From Polyangiaceae bacterium (GTDB taxonomy: Bacteria; Myxococcota_A; Polyangia; Polyangiales; Polyangiaceae), in NCBI GenBank assembly GCA_050287085.1, contig JBNKBE010000031.1, positions 1-55,938 of the forward strand: a DNA stretch of 55,938 nucleotides, written 5' to 3'. Position 1 is the first letter of the stretch. Each line of letters begins with the position of its first letter. The position numbers were made by a program, and so were the translations under genes. Shown in pieces: positions 37,820 to 46,518 of the stretch. The notes under the pieces were generated by a model, which saw only the letters and a program-made list of their open reading frames with translations, had not been told where the DNA came from and searched no databases.

Positions 37820-39310
37820 ATGACCCACGATAGCAAGACGGAACTCTACCTAGGCCTGGACGTCGGAACGCAGAGCACCAAAGGCCTGATTCTCGAAGTT
37901 GTCGACGGCGCTACCCCCCGTATCGTAGCGCGCTCCGCCCACGCCTACGGGCTGCTCGACAGCGAGGAATCGGGGGCGGCTGAGCAGCATCCCGATACCT
38001 GGCGGGAGGCCGTTCAGGAGGTGATCAGCGAGCTCGGGACGGAGGTCGATCTCCAGCTGGTGGCCGGTGTCGGCGTCTCCGGTCAGCAACACGGCTCCGT
38101 CTTCCTCGATGGCGATGGCGAGGTGATTCGCCCCGCCAAGCTCTGGTGCGATACGACCACCGCCGCCGAAGCCGAGGAGCTCTCGCAACAGAATGCCTTT
38201 CCGATCCCGGCGGGCTTCACGCTCCCCAAGCTGCTCTGGCTCCAGCGCCACGAAAACGAGAACTACGAGCGGCTTAGAACGCTGCTCTTGCCCCACGACT
38301 ACTTGAACTTTCTGCTCACCGGCAAGCGTTTCATGGAAGCCGGGGACGCCTCCGGCACAGGGATCCTCGACCCCAAGACCCGGGGTTGGAACGAGTCACT
38401 GATGAGCGCTTTGGGGGAACGCACGCGAGGCTTTTTTCCTGACCTGGTGGCCCCGGATAGCGCCTTTGCCATCAGCGCGGCCGGCGCCGGACTCTTCGGC
38501 TTGCCGGAGGGTGCAATCGTTAGCCCCGGCGGCGGTGACAACATGATGAGCGCGATCGGTGCAGGCGCTACTGCAGCAGGCAAGACGGTCCTGAGCCTAG
38601 GTACTTCGGGAACCGTTTTTGCCTATAGCGCACAACCCATCATCGACAACACCGGAGCGATCGCACCTTTCTGCGATTCCACAGGTGCCTGGCTACCCCT
38701 TCTGTGCACCATGAATGTGACGGGCGTGACCGAAGCCGTGCGCGCCAGCTATGGAAACCCCAGCCTGGAAGCACTGACGAAGCTCGCAGAGGTCATTGCA
38801 CCCGGCTCGGAAGGTCTCATGTTGCTCCCTTACCTCCAAGGCGAACGGGTCCCCAACCTGCCCGACGCAACCGGTGCCCTACTCGGCATCCGGCCCTCCA
38901 CGCTGACCCCGGGGCACGTCTTCCGAGCCGCCATTGAAGGCACGACGATGGGTCTCGTCGCCGGCGTCGAGCGCATGAAAGAGCTCGGATTAGAGGTCTC
39001 GGAGATCTCCGTAGTTGGAGGTGGCTCGAAGAACCCGCTCTGGCGCCAGATCATTGCCGACGCGATGGGCACCCCCGTACGACAGGTGTTGGAGCCCGAA
39101 TCGGCGGCCCTAGGCGGGGCCCTACAAGCGCTCTGGGTGAAGCGCCGCAAGACGGAACCCGAGCTGACCATCGACGAAATCGCGGCCCCAGTGGTCGAGT
39201 TTGCGCCGACTGTGCACACGCCCAACAGCGAGGCTCACGCTGTATACCGCGAACAGCTGGCTCGCCATCGCACGCTGACCGAACAATTGTTCGCTCGCAC
39301 TGCGCCGTAA
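37820..39310 (+). CDS. xylB: Xylulokinase (FGGY family)
   Basis: LGLDVGTQSTK, SGQQHG, PAKLWCD, GDASGTG, GGGDNMM, SLGTSGT, PLLCTMN, GERVPNLP, GGGSKN. Confidence 0.88.
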   Translation: MTHDSKTELYLGLDVGTQSTKGLILEVVDGATPRIVARSAHAYGLLDSEESGAAEQHPDTWREAVQEVISELGTEVDLQLVAGVGVSGQQHGSVFLDGDGEVIRPAKLWCDTTTAAEAEELSQQNAFPIPAGFTLPKLLWLQRHENENYERLRTLLLPHDYLNFLLTGKRFMEAGDASGTGILDPKTRGWNESLMSALGERTRGFFPDLVAPDSAFAISAAGAGLFGLPEGAIVSPGGGDNMMSAIGAGATAAGKTVLSLGTSGTVFAYSAQPIIDNTGAIAPFCDSTGAWLPLLCTMNVTGVTEAVRASYGNPSLEALTKLAEVIAPGSEGLMLLPYLQGERVPNLPDATGALLGIRPSTLTPGHVFRAAIEGTTMGLVAGVERMKELGLEVSEISVVGGGSKNPLWRQIIADAMGTPVRQVLEPESAALGGALQALWVKRRKTEPELTIDEIAAPVVEFAPTVHTPNSEAHAVYREQLARHRTLTEQLFARTAP

Positions 39311-39390
39311 GCGACCGACCCCGCGTTCTGGCGGCGGCAGGCGTTGCCTGTCGCCGTAGCGATGCCCCAGATTTGTTCTAGAGTAACCCC

Positions 39391-40467
39391 ATGCTTAGCA
39401 AGTCCCAGTTCCTACTCGTTCTCCCGGCCCTGGCGGGGTGCGCCCAAGGCACGGCCGAGCGGGGCGAGCCCCCGGTCAACAACAACAATGGCGACGTCGG
39501 CAATACCGTCATCACCATGCTTCCCCCGTTGCCCGACGAGGCGCCCGCCGGCTCGCCTGTCGCCAAGTGGGGCCAGCTGCGAGTGGAGGGGACGAATCTG
39601 GTGTCGGAGACGGGCAGCCCCGTTCAGCTTCGCGGTCCCTCCACGATGTGGCTGAACTGGGAAACAAAGTATTCGCGAAGCTTCGACACCCTCGAGTACC
39701 TCAAGAACGACTGGCACGCGTCGGTGGTGCGAGCGGCCATGGGAATCGAGCCGAGCGGCGCCTATCTTGAAAGCCCGGTAACGGCCAAAGCAGCGGTGCG
39801 TCTCGTCATCGACAACGCAATTCGACTTGGGCTCTACGTCATCGTCGACTGGCACGCCCATCACGCCGAAGAGCACACTGCACAAGCCATTGAGTTCTTT
39901 CAGGAAATCGCCGCTGAATACGGCGAGCGTCCCAATATTCTGTACGAGGTATTTAACGAACCGGACGGCGACCGCGAGCATCCCGTGGATTGGCCAACGA
40001 TCAAGGCCTACCACGAACAGCTCGTGCCGGCGATCCGGGCGGAGGATCCGGACAACGTCATCATCCTTGGAACCACCGCCTGGTCTCAAGGCGTAGACGA
40101 CGCGGCCAACGACCCCGTGTCCGGTTCGCAGTTGATGTATACCCTGCACTTCTACTCCTGCAGCCACACGGCGTGGCTGCGGGACAACGCGGACAGCGCT
40201 TTGGAGCTCGGTCTGCCCATCTTCGTCACCGAGTGGGGTGCCTCCCATTCCGATGGCGGCACCCCCGAGAATCCAGACTTATGCCTGGAAGAGGCGGGGC
40301 TGTGGGTGGATTGGATGAAAGAGCACCAGATCAGCTGGACCGCCTGGAAACTCGACGACTGCGAAGACGTTACGTGTTACTTCCAACCGGGCACCGCCGC
40401 GACCGGCACGTACACGGATGACCAACTCAACGGGCACGCCTCCTTCGTTCGCGACAGCATGCGCTAA
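39391..40467 (+). CDS. Glycoside hydrolase family 5 endoglucanase, lipoprotein
   Basis: Lipobox LAGC; VRAAM, YVIVDWH, YEVFNEP (acid/base), YTLHFY, IFVTEWG (nucleophile), SWTAW. GH5_2-like, no CBM. Confidence 0.92.
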   Translation: MLSKSQFLLVLPALAGCAQGTAERGEPPVNNNNGDVGNTVITMLPPLPDEAPAGSPVAKWGQLRVEGTNLVSETGSPVQLRGPSTMWLNWETKYSRSFDTLEYLKNDWHASVVRAAMGIEPSGAYLESPVTAKAAVRLVIDNAIRLGLYVIVDWHAHHAEEHTAQAIEFFQEIAAEYGERPNILYEVFNEPDGDREHPVDWPTIKAYHEQLVPAIRAEDPDNVIILGTTAWSQGVDDAANDPVSGSQLMYTLHFYSCSHTAWLRDNADSALELGLPIFVTEWGASHSDGGTPENPDLCLEEAGLWVDWMKEHQISWTAWKLDDCEDVTCYFQPGTAATGTYTDDQLNGHASFVRDSMR

Positions 40468-40584
40468 CATCGAGTCCGTCGGGGCGGACTCCAGTGGTCA
40501 CGTCCGCCCCAGACTCGCGGCTCCTTCCTCCGAAAGAAATGGGGGACGGCGCTCCCCATACCGCCAGTTGGGCGCGGCTCGGCT

Positions 40585-41463
40585 GTGACGCGACGCAGAG
40601 CGTTGATGCTCGCGGTCGCGGCTGCGCTGTGGTCTGGCTTCTTTGTCATCCCCTATCAGCTTGCTGGCAGAGCGATGGCGCCCGAAGCCGTAGCATTGGT
40701 CATGCTGGGGTGTGCGGCCGTCCTCAACAGCGTGCTCCTCGGCGCACAACGCACCCGCCACAAGAGCAGCCTTCGGCGCCCCTTGTGGACCCCGCTCGTC
40801 CTTGCGCTGCTAGCCGCTCTCGGTAACTATTTCTCCGCACAAGCCCTCGCTGCGTTGGCCCCTGCAACGGTGAGTGCCGTCTTCCGGTCGGAGGTCGTCT
40901 GGGTTGCGGTGTTGGGCGCGTTGGTGCTGAGGGAACGCCCCAGCCTCGCGACTGTGCTCGGCGGCTCGCTCGCGATCGCGGGCCTGTGGCTGATGAAGCC
41001 GCTAGGAGCTTCGCTCCCCAACGCCAGCGCCGGATGGCTTCATGCGGTGGGCGCGTCTCTATGCTTTGCGAGCATGCAACTGGTCATACGCTCGGTGGCC
41101 GTGGGAAGCGATCTGTTCTGGATCAACAGCGTGCGGCTTTGGCTGAGCGTGTTGGTGTTGGCCGCGATCCCCGGCGCGATTCGTTCGGCCCTGGCAGCGC
41201 CTCCACTGGCGTGGGGACTGTGCCTCGCCGCGGCTGCAGCAGGGCCCGTCGTCAGCCGCCTGCTCGCAATGTACGCCCTGAGAATCCTTCACGCCAACGA
41301 GGTGAGCCTCATCGCGCTGCTCGCTCCCCCATTCACGCTGCTGCTCGGCTGGCTCTGGTTTGGCGATCTTCCCGATGTACGGGCCTTGCTGGGCGGGGGC
41401 CTCATTCTCATGGGCGTCGCACTGCCCCTCGCGCAGCAGCTGCCCTGGCGACGCGCGCCCTAG
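40585..41463 (+). CDS. DMT/EamA family transporter
   Basis: About 10 hydrophobic helices in two repeats; LW, LVLRERPS, LWFGDLP..LGGGLIL.GV. Confidence 0.85.
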   Translation: MTRRRALMLAVAAALWSGFFVIPYQLAGRAMAPEAVALVMLGCAAVLNSVLLGAQRTRHKSSLRRPLWTPLVLALLAALGNYFSAQALAALAPATVSAVFRSEVVWVAVLGALVLRERPSLATVLGGSLAIAGLWLMKPLGASLPNASAGWLHAVGASLCFASMQLVIRSVAVGSDLFWINSVRLWLSVLVLAAIPGAIRSALAAPPLAWGLCLAAAAAGPVVSRLLAMYALRILHANEVSLIALLAPPFTLLLGWLWFGDLPDVRALLGGGLILMGVALPLAQQLPWRRAP

Positions 41464-41573
41464 TTCGGACACCTCACCCGGGCTCCGGCCGATGCGACAG
41501 CGGGCTTGACCTTCGCTCCCCCCTTTGCCAGTGCCCATTGTCCGCACCTCGGGTCCCGGCTACGGTGCTGCGC

Positions 41574-42596
41574 ATGCAGATCACCAGGACCGAGGTGCCG
41601 ATCAATGGAAAGAACGCCGGATTCTTCACGCTGGAGACCGCATCCGGCTGCCGTGTGCAGCTGTGTGAACGAGGCGCGTCAGTTCACTCGTTGGTGATAC
41701 CGGATCGGGACGGTAAGCCGGTTGATGTCGTCCTCGGTTTCGCCAACCCAAGCGACGGTTTGCTCCCGACCAGCATGTTCCTGGGCGCTACCGCTGGGCG
41801 CGTCGCCAACCGCATCTGGCACGGAGAGACCGACGTGGCCGGTCAGGCTCTGTCGCTCGCCATCAACGATGCCCCCCACCACCTGCACGGGGGTCCTACG
41901 GGGTTTGACAAGCAGTTCTGGAGCGGTAGTGAGCTGCCCGATGGCGTGCTCTTCAAGCTCGTCAGCCCGGCGGGTCACGAGGGCTATCCGGGTACGCTCT
42001 CCGCTTCCGTGCGCTACCGCCTGAGCGAAGACGAACATCTCATCGTCGAGATGGAGGCCGAAACGGATGCGGCAACGCTCGTCAATTTCGTACACCATTC
42101 CTATTGGAATCTGAGTGGACACGACAGCGGCACGATCCTGGACCACGAGCTAGAGATCTACGCAGATCAGTACACGAGCTTCGAGCCTGCCACAGGCGGT
42201 CGCCTGCATGACGTTGCCGGAACGCCGTACGACCTGCGCAAGCGCGTTCGTCTCGGTGGTCCAATCGAGCGTCTGGGCGAAGGTTTCGACGACAACTTCG
42301 TGGTCCGCGGCCAACCGAGCGAACTTCGCCCCGTTTGCCATCTCCGCTCTGCCAAGACCGGCATCAACATGCAGATATCGGCAAACCAGCCCGGTGTGCA
42401 GCTGTACACAGGTCGATATCTCGATGGCACTATCCACGGCAAAGGGGGCATTCGATACCCTAAGTTCGGGGGGCTGTGTTTGGAGACACAAGCTTTCCCT
42501 TACGCCTGCAACGTGCCAGCGTGGCGCGGGCAAGTCGAGCTCAACCCGGGACAACGCTACGTGCATAGAATGGACCACGCGTTTTCTCGTCAATAA
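41574..42596 (+). CDS. galM: Aldose 1-epimerase (mutarotase)
   Basis: DVVLGF, GRVANRI, HLHGG..GFD, EGYPG, HSYWNL, FDDNF, QLYTG, CLETQ. ATG at 41574. Confidence 0.93.
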   Translation: MQITRTEVPINGKNAGFFTLETASGCRVQLCERGASVHSLVIPDRDGKPVDVVLGFANPSDGLLPTSMFLGATAGRVANRIWHGETDVAGQALSLAINDAPHHLHGGPTGFDKQFWSGSELPDGVLFKLVSPAGHEGYPGTLSASVRYRLSEDEHLIVEMEAETDAATLVNFVHHSYWNLSGHDSGTILDHELEIYADQYTSFEPATGGRLHDVAGTPYDLRKRVRLGGPIERLGEGFDDNFVVRGQPSELRPVCHLRSAKTGINMQISANQPGVQLYTGRYLDGTIHGKGGIRYPKFGGLCLETQAFPYACNVPAWRGQVELNPGQRYVHRMDHAFSRQ

Positions 42597-42678
42597 CGTC
42601 TGTCGCGTTGACCGGTGCGACCCCAGCGACGTTCACTGCGCGCGCCGAGCAACCAATCGCTTGTTGCGATCGCGTCTA

Positions 42679-45069
42679 TTAGCCTGGACGCCGCGCGACC
42701 AGGACGGTCATGTCGTCTTGTTGCAGGGCGGACCAGGCAAGCGATGCGCTGACCAGTGCCTGACAGAGCGCTTCGGGTCCAGCGGACGCACTCTCCTCAA
42801 CAATACGAGCAACGCGTTCTTCGCCAAAGACCTCTCCGTGAGCGTTGCGCTCTTCGGCGATTCCATCGGTCAACAGAACGAGCGTGTCCCCCGGATTCAG
42901 GAAAAACTCGACGTCATGAGTCACGTCGCTCACGTCTTCCAATATCCCGAGCCACATCCCGTCAAGCGCAACGGACTCGATGGCCTTCGCTCCAGCGCGT
43001 GCGACTAGCAGGTCCTCGTGGGCCCCCGCCGCCAGCGCAACACCACTATCCCGATAGTGAACTAGCGCGAACGTCACGTGTTCGTTTTCCCCGAGCCGCT
43101 CGCGAATGTTGGGACGCAATACTTCGTTGACCTTGGCAACGATGGCCGACGGTCGCGCGTCGGGCATCGAGCGCACAACTGCGCTCACCGCTGACTGGAG
43201 CATCAACATGATCAATCCAGCCATCAGCCCGTGTCCCGTGACGTCACCTATCGCCAGCCAGCATCCACCAGCCACGGGAAATACATCAAAGTAGTCACCA
43301 CCCACGCGATCTGCAGCGCGCATGCACCCGAACACCTCCAACCCAAGCCCGTCGAAGTGCCTGGGGGCCAGTGCGGACTGAATGCGACGCGCTACCGCCA
43401 TCTCGCTATTGAGGCCTTCCGCATGCAAACGCTGTCGCAGCGCCGTCTGCCCAACAACCTGGGAATGGAGCCGAGCAAGCTTGACGCCAGCGCTGAGCTG
43501 CGCGCGCAACGTCTCGACCACGTACGACTCGACGCAGCCTCCTACCGCCAGTAGTCCGAGCACGTCGGCTTCGTAAGTCAGCGGCATGAGCACCACCGAA
43601 TGAGGCATCTCTCGCCCGAGAAACTTGTCCGGCAGCAGCGACTCCAGAGGATAGGTAGTATGCTGCAAATCCCCCACGCCCTCGCGAAGCATCAACCAAG
43701 AACACAACTGCTCAGACTCCACCAGAGTAGCAAACAGCGCGTCGCGCACTCCCATCAGTCCCAGCACATCGAGCAAACCCTGTGCAATGACCCCAAGCTC
43801 GAGAGATGCCGACAATCCCTGGCTGATATGGCGCAAACCGCCTGCCCGTTCCGCCAGCTGCAACCCTTCTCGCCCCGCGCCGCGCCGGGCCGCTGCCGCA
43901 ACAAGAGAGCGTCCCCGCTCAATGTCGAGCATGCCCTCGTCGTCGACCCGAGCCTCGACAGCGCGTCGCGTCAAGACGTTGAGCACCGCCTCGAGCTCCC
44001 CAATTTCTGCTGTCCCAAAACACTGATCGACGGCGCGGTCAACCGCTAGCAGAAAGGGCTCATGCGCCCTTTCGAGCGGCGCCTGGGTCCACCCACGCAG
44101 ACTCGAAGTCCAGGCCGCCGTTGAGCCGAGCTCAGCCAACGCCCCATCGAGGAGAAGCGGAACGCTTGCATCGCCGGACGCGGCTCCACTTGCAGGTCGA
44201 AGGTCCAGCTCCCCGCAGCCACACGACTCGCGCACCACAAGTCGCGGCGACAAGACAACCGCACGGGTCTCGACGATCCCCTCGACTTGGGTAGCAATGA
44301 GCTCGACGGCACGCGTCGCCATTTGCTCGATCGGCTGAGCGACACTCGACAATGCGTGACGCGCGTAGCGGGCGACCGCACTGTCATCAAATCCCACAAC
44401 GGGCGTGGAACTCGGAACGTCGCGCCCATGGGCTCCAAGCGCCTCCATCGCGCCGAGTGCCATGTAGTCATTGGCGGCAATGACCGCATCGAAGCGCACG
44501 CCGCGCGCCATCAGTTCATCTACGGCGGTTACCCCGCTTTCTCGCGAGAACGCGCCGTAGCAGATCCGCTCCGGGTCCAGGTTGAGACCAGCCTGAGCCA
44601 GCGCGCTCCTGTAGCCTTCAAGCCGCTCGATGGACTCCGGATTGTTCGCCGGGCCACTGATGTATGCAATTTGCCTGCAACCATGGACCTCAATCAGATG
44701 TTGCGTTGCAGCCCTCATTCCTTCGGCGTTGTCCAATAGGATTGAAGGCACGCCCTCGATGACTACTCCAATGCTGCAGACAGGAAGGGGCCGAAGCTTG
44801 TCGACGAGAGTCAGTACAGCGTCGGCGCCGGAGTGGTTCGCCATCGCTGCCGACAGCAGAATCACCCCTTCTACAGCTTCGGATGTCAGCCACTCGTAGG
44901 CCGCATTCATGGCGCGAGAATGCGGATGTTGCTCTTCTAGCTGTCGGCCGACGACGGCCAGCAAATCGAAGCCAGCCTGGCGAGCTGCCCCCTCCACGGC
45001 GGCACGAAAAGCCAGCTGATAAGCTTCCTCCAAAGCGTTTACGACGAACGCGATCCGCTTTCGCCTCAT
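42679..45069 (-). CDS. LacI-type sugar-binding domain fused to a SpoIIE/PP2C phosphatase
   Basis: N-terminal LacI-like effector domain without HTH (HLIEVHGCRQIAYISGP, ERLEGY, AANDYMALG, VVGFDD, LVVRESCGC). C-terminal ARRIQ, VGGDYFD, IGDVTGHG, TDGIAE, QDDMT. Confidence 0.9.
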   Translation of the reverse strand: MRRKRIAFVVNALEEAYQLAFRAAVEGAARQAGFDLLAVVGRQLEEQHPHSRAMNAAYEWLTSEAVEGVILLSAAMANHSGADAVLTLVDKLRPLPVCSIGVVIEGVPSILLDNAEGMRAATQHLIEVHGCRQIAYISGPANNPESIERLEGYRSALAQAGLNLDPERICYGAFSRESGVTAVDELMARGVRFDAVIAANDYMALGAMEALGAHGRDVPSSTPVVGFDDSAVARYARHALSSVAQPIEQMATRAVELIATQVEGIVETRAVVLSPRLVVRESCGCGELDLRPASGAASGDASVPLLLDGALAELGSTAAWTSSLRGWTQAPLERAHEPFLLAVDRAVDQCFGTAEIGELEAVLNVLTRRAVEARVDDEGMLDIERGRSLVAAAARRGAGREGLQLAERAGGLRHISQGLSASLELGVIAQGLLDVLGLMGVRDALFATLVESEQLCSWLMLREGVGDLQHTTYPLESLLPDKFLGREMPHSVVLMPLTYEADVLGLLAVGGCVESYVVETLRAQLSAGVKLARLHSQVVGQTALRQRLHAEGLNSEMAVARRIQSALAPRHFDGLGLEVFGCMRAADRVGGDYFDVFPVAGGCWLAIGDVTGHGLMAGLIMLMLQSAVSAVVRSMPDARPSAIVAKVNEVLRPNIRERLGENEHVTFALVHYRDSGVALAAGAHEDLLVARAGAKAIESVALDGMWLGILEDVSDVTHDVEFFLNPGDTLVLLTDGIAEERNAHGEVFGEERVARIVEESASAGPEALCQALVSASLAWSALQQDDMTVLVARRPG

Positions 45070-45385
45070 ACGACACCCGGCATCACTGTCTTTCGCGCTT
45101 GCTTGGTCAGTACGAACACAAACGGCTTCAACTTTATACCACCTAGTCCCAAACTCACAGTCTCCACACGCAAGGTACTACAATAGGCGTACCGAGTGTC
45201 ATTCCGGGGATGGATGACGTTAGCGTGGCTTTGCTCTAATCAAGATGTGCCGTATCCAGCATGTGGACTGAGTTTGACGTTCGACGTGAACGAGACCACA
45301 ACACCGCATACAGAACCCCCGACCCAAGCCAAAACGTGCCCCCTTTTCTCAACGTTGAGCCAAGCGGAAGCAACGACTAAGCCCA

Positions 45386-45925
45386 GTGAATTCAAGTATA
45401 TCAAAGTCATCTTGGAAGTCTGGCGCAGTGGTTGCGCAAACCTGCGTGGACCTGGCGCTGCCCGCGCCCCCACACTTTCTTCAAAGCGTAACGGACTGGC
45501 TCGGCTCGTTCTGGTCGCTGGTTCTGGATCGAGACGATGCCATGGCCAGACTGAAGATCGCTGGTTATGAGCTGATTGAAAACGCCATCAAGTACCGGAA
45601 CGGGGGCACGATTCGGGTGCGGACGGAAATACGTCGTTGGGACAATGGCTGGCGCCTGCGGCTAACCACTGAGAACTCGGCTTCGGATACGCAGCTGGAC
45701 TACGTCCGCGGCCTCCTCACAGATCTCCGCTCCGCCCCCAATCCGATGGCCCTCTACGATCGAATGGTGCTGGAAACTGCACCGCGACGGGGCGTTTCCG
45801 GCCTCGGACTAGCGAGGATTCGCGCGGAGAGTGAACTTGCGCTAGACTTCCGTATCGTCGGTCAGACGCTCGAGGTTGTAGTGGAGGCAACTATTGATCT
45901 AGACGGAGGGCTCGTTCCATGCTGA
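45386..45925 (+). CDS. SiaB-like/anti-sigma-type HATPase protein kinase
   Basis: N-box YELIENAIKY, TEN, G-box SGLGLARI. Overlaps the next gene. Start uncertain. Confidence 0.7.
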   Translation: MNSSISKSSWKSGAVVAQTCVDLALPAPPHFLQSVTDWLGSFWSLVLDRDDAMARLKIAGYELIENAIKYRNGGTIRVRTEIRRWDNGWRLRLTTENSASDTQLDYVRGLLTDLRSAPNPMALYDRMVLETAPRRGVSGLGLARIRAESELALDFRIVGQTLEVVVEATIDLDGGLVPC

Positions 45926-46317
45926 ACGTTCCTGTCCTTCGTGAACCCGGGTTCGCATTGGAGCCGCTTGGGGAAGCCGCTGGCTTCAGATTTACAGGCA
46001 ACGGGGACACCGAAGCCGTAGCTCCCTTGGACCGATTCCTCAAATTGGTCCACGAGGATATGCGAGCACAAGCTTGCCACGAGGTCACAGTCGACGTCTG
46101 TGAGCTCTACTTCATGAATTCCTCGTGCATCAAAGCGTTCGTTTCTTGGGTGTACGGCGTAAAATCCGGTCCCACTTCCTACCGAATCCGCATCCTGATG
46201 AACCCCCGCCTGCAGTGGCAGGCCCGCACCTTCAATACCCTACATCGGCTTAGCCCCACACACGTACACATCGAAAACAGCGAGTCCTATCCTCCCGTCA
46301 CGAGCGAGTCGGCCTAG
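45919..46317 (+). CDS. SiaC-like (DUF1987/STAS-like) phosphoacceptor protein
   Basis: FRFTG, VTVDVCELYFMNSSCIKAF resembles SiaC YLNTSSIKA and STAS FMDSSG phosphoacceptor motifs. Confidence 0.7.
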   Translation: MLNVPVLREPGFALEPLGEAAGFRFTGNGDTEAVAPLDRFLKLVHEDMRAQACHEVTVDVCELYFMNSSCIKAFVSWVYGVKSGPTSYRIRILMNPRLQWQARTFNTLHRLSPTHVHIENSESYPPVTSESA

Positions 46318-46490
46318 TCGATGTAAGGGCCCGCGGGGGGAAAGTCAGTCGCGGGCCCCAAGCCCTGGCGTTGGAGCTCGCGGGGCAGCCAGCGCGACTG
46401 CCTCGGATCCGTTTGTCCTGGTTGTGCCAGCTGGCACAGGTGAGTTGGCGACCGAACGCGTCAGGTTCCGCGAGTGCGTCCCACGATGGT

Positions 46491-46506
46491 TGGCATGAAC
46501 TCTGCT
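46491..46506 (+). promoter_or_regulatory. Possible sigma54 promoter for the DUF2330 gene
   Basis: TGGCATGAACTCTGCT with GG-N10-GC. The predicted start is only about 2 nt before the ATG, which implies a near-leaderless mRNA. Confidence 0.4.
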
Positions 46507-46518
46507 TAGGAAGACGCC

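Noticed and set aside
40986..41573. N-terminal extension of the 536-aa galM ORF
   Set aside because: Overlaps the EamA gene in another frame; mutarotase similarity begins at ATG 41574.
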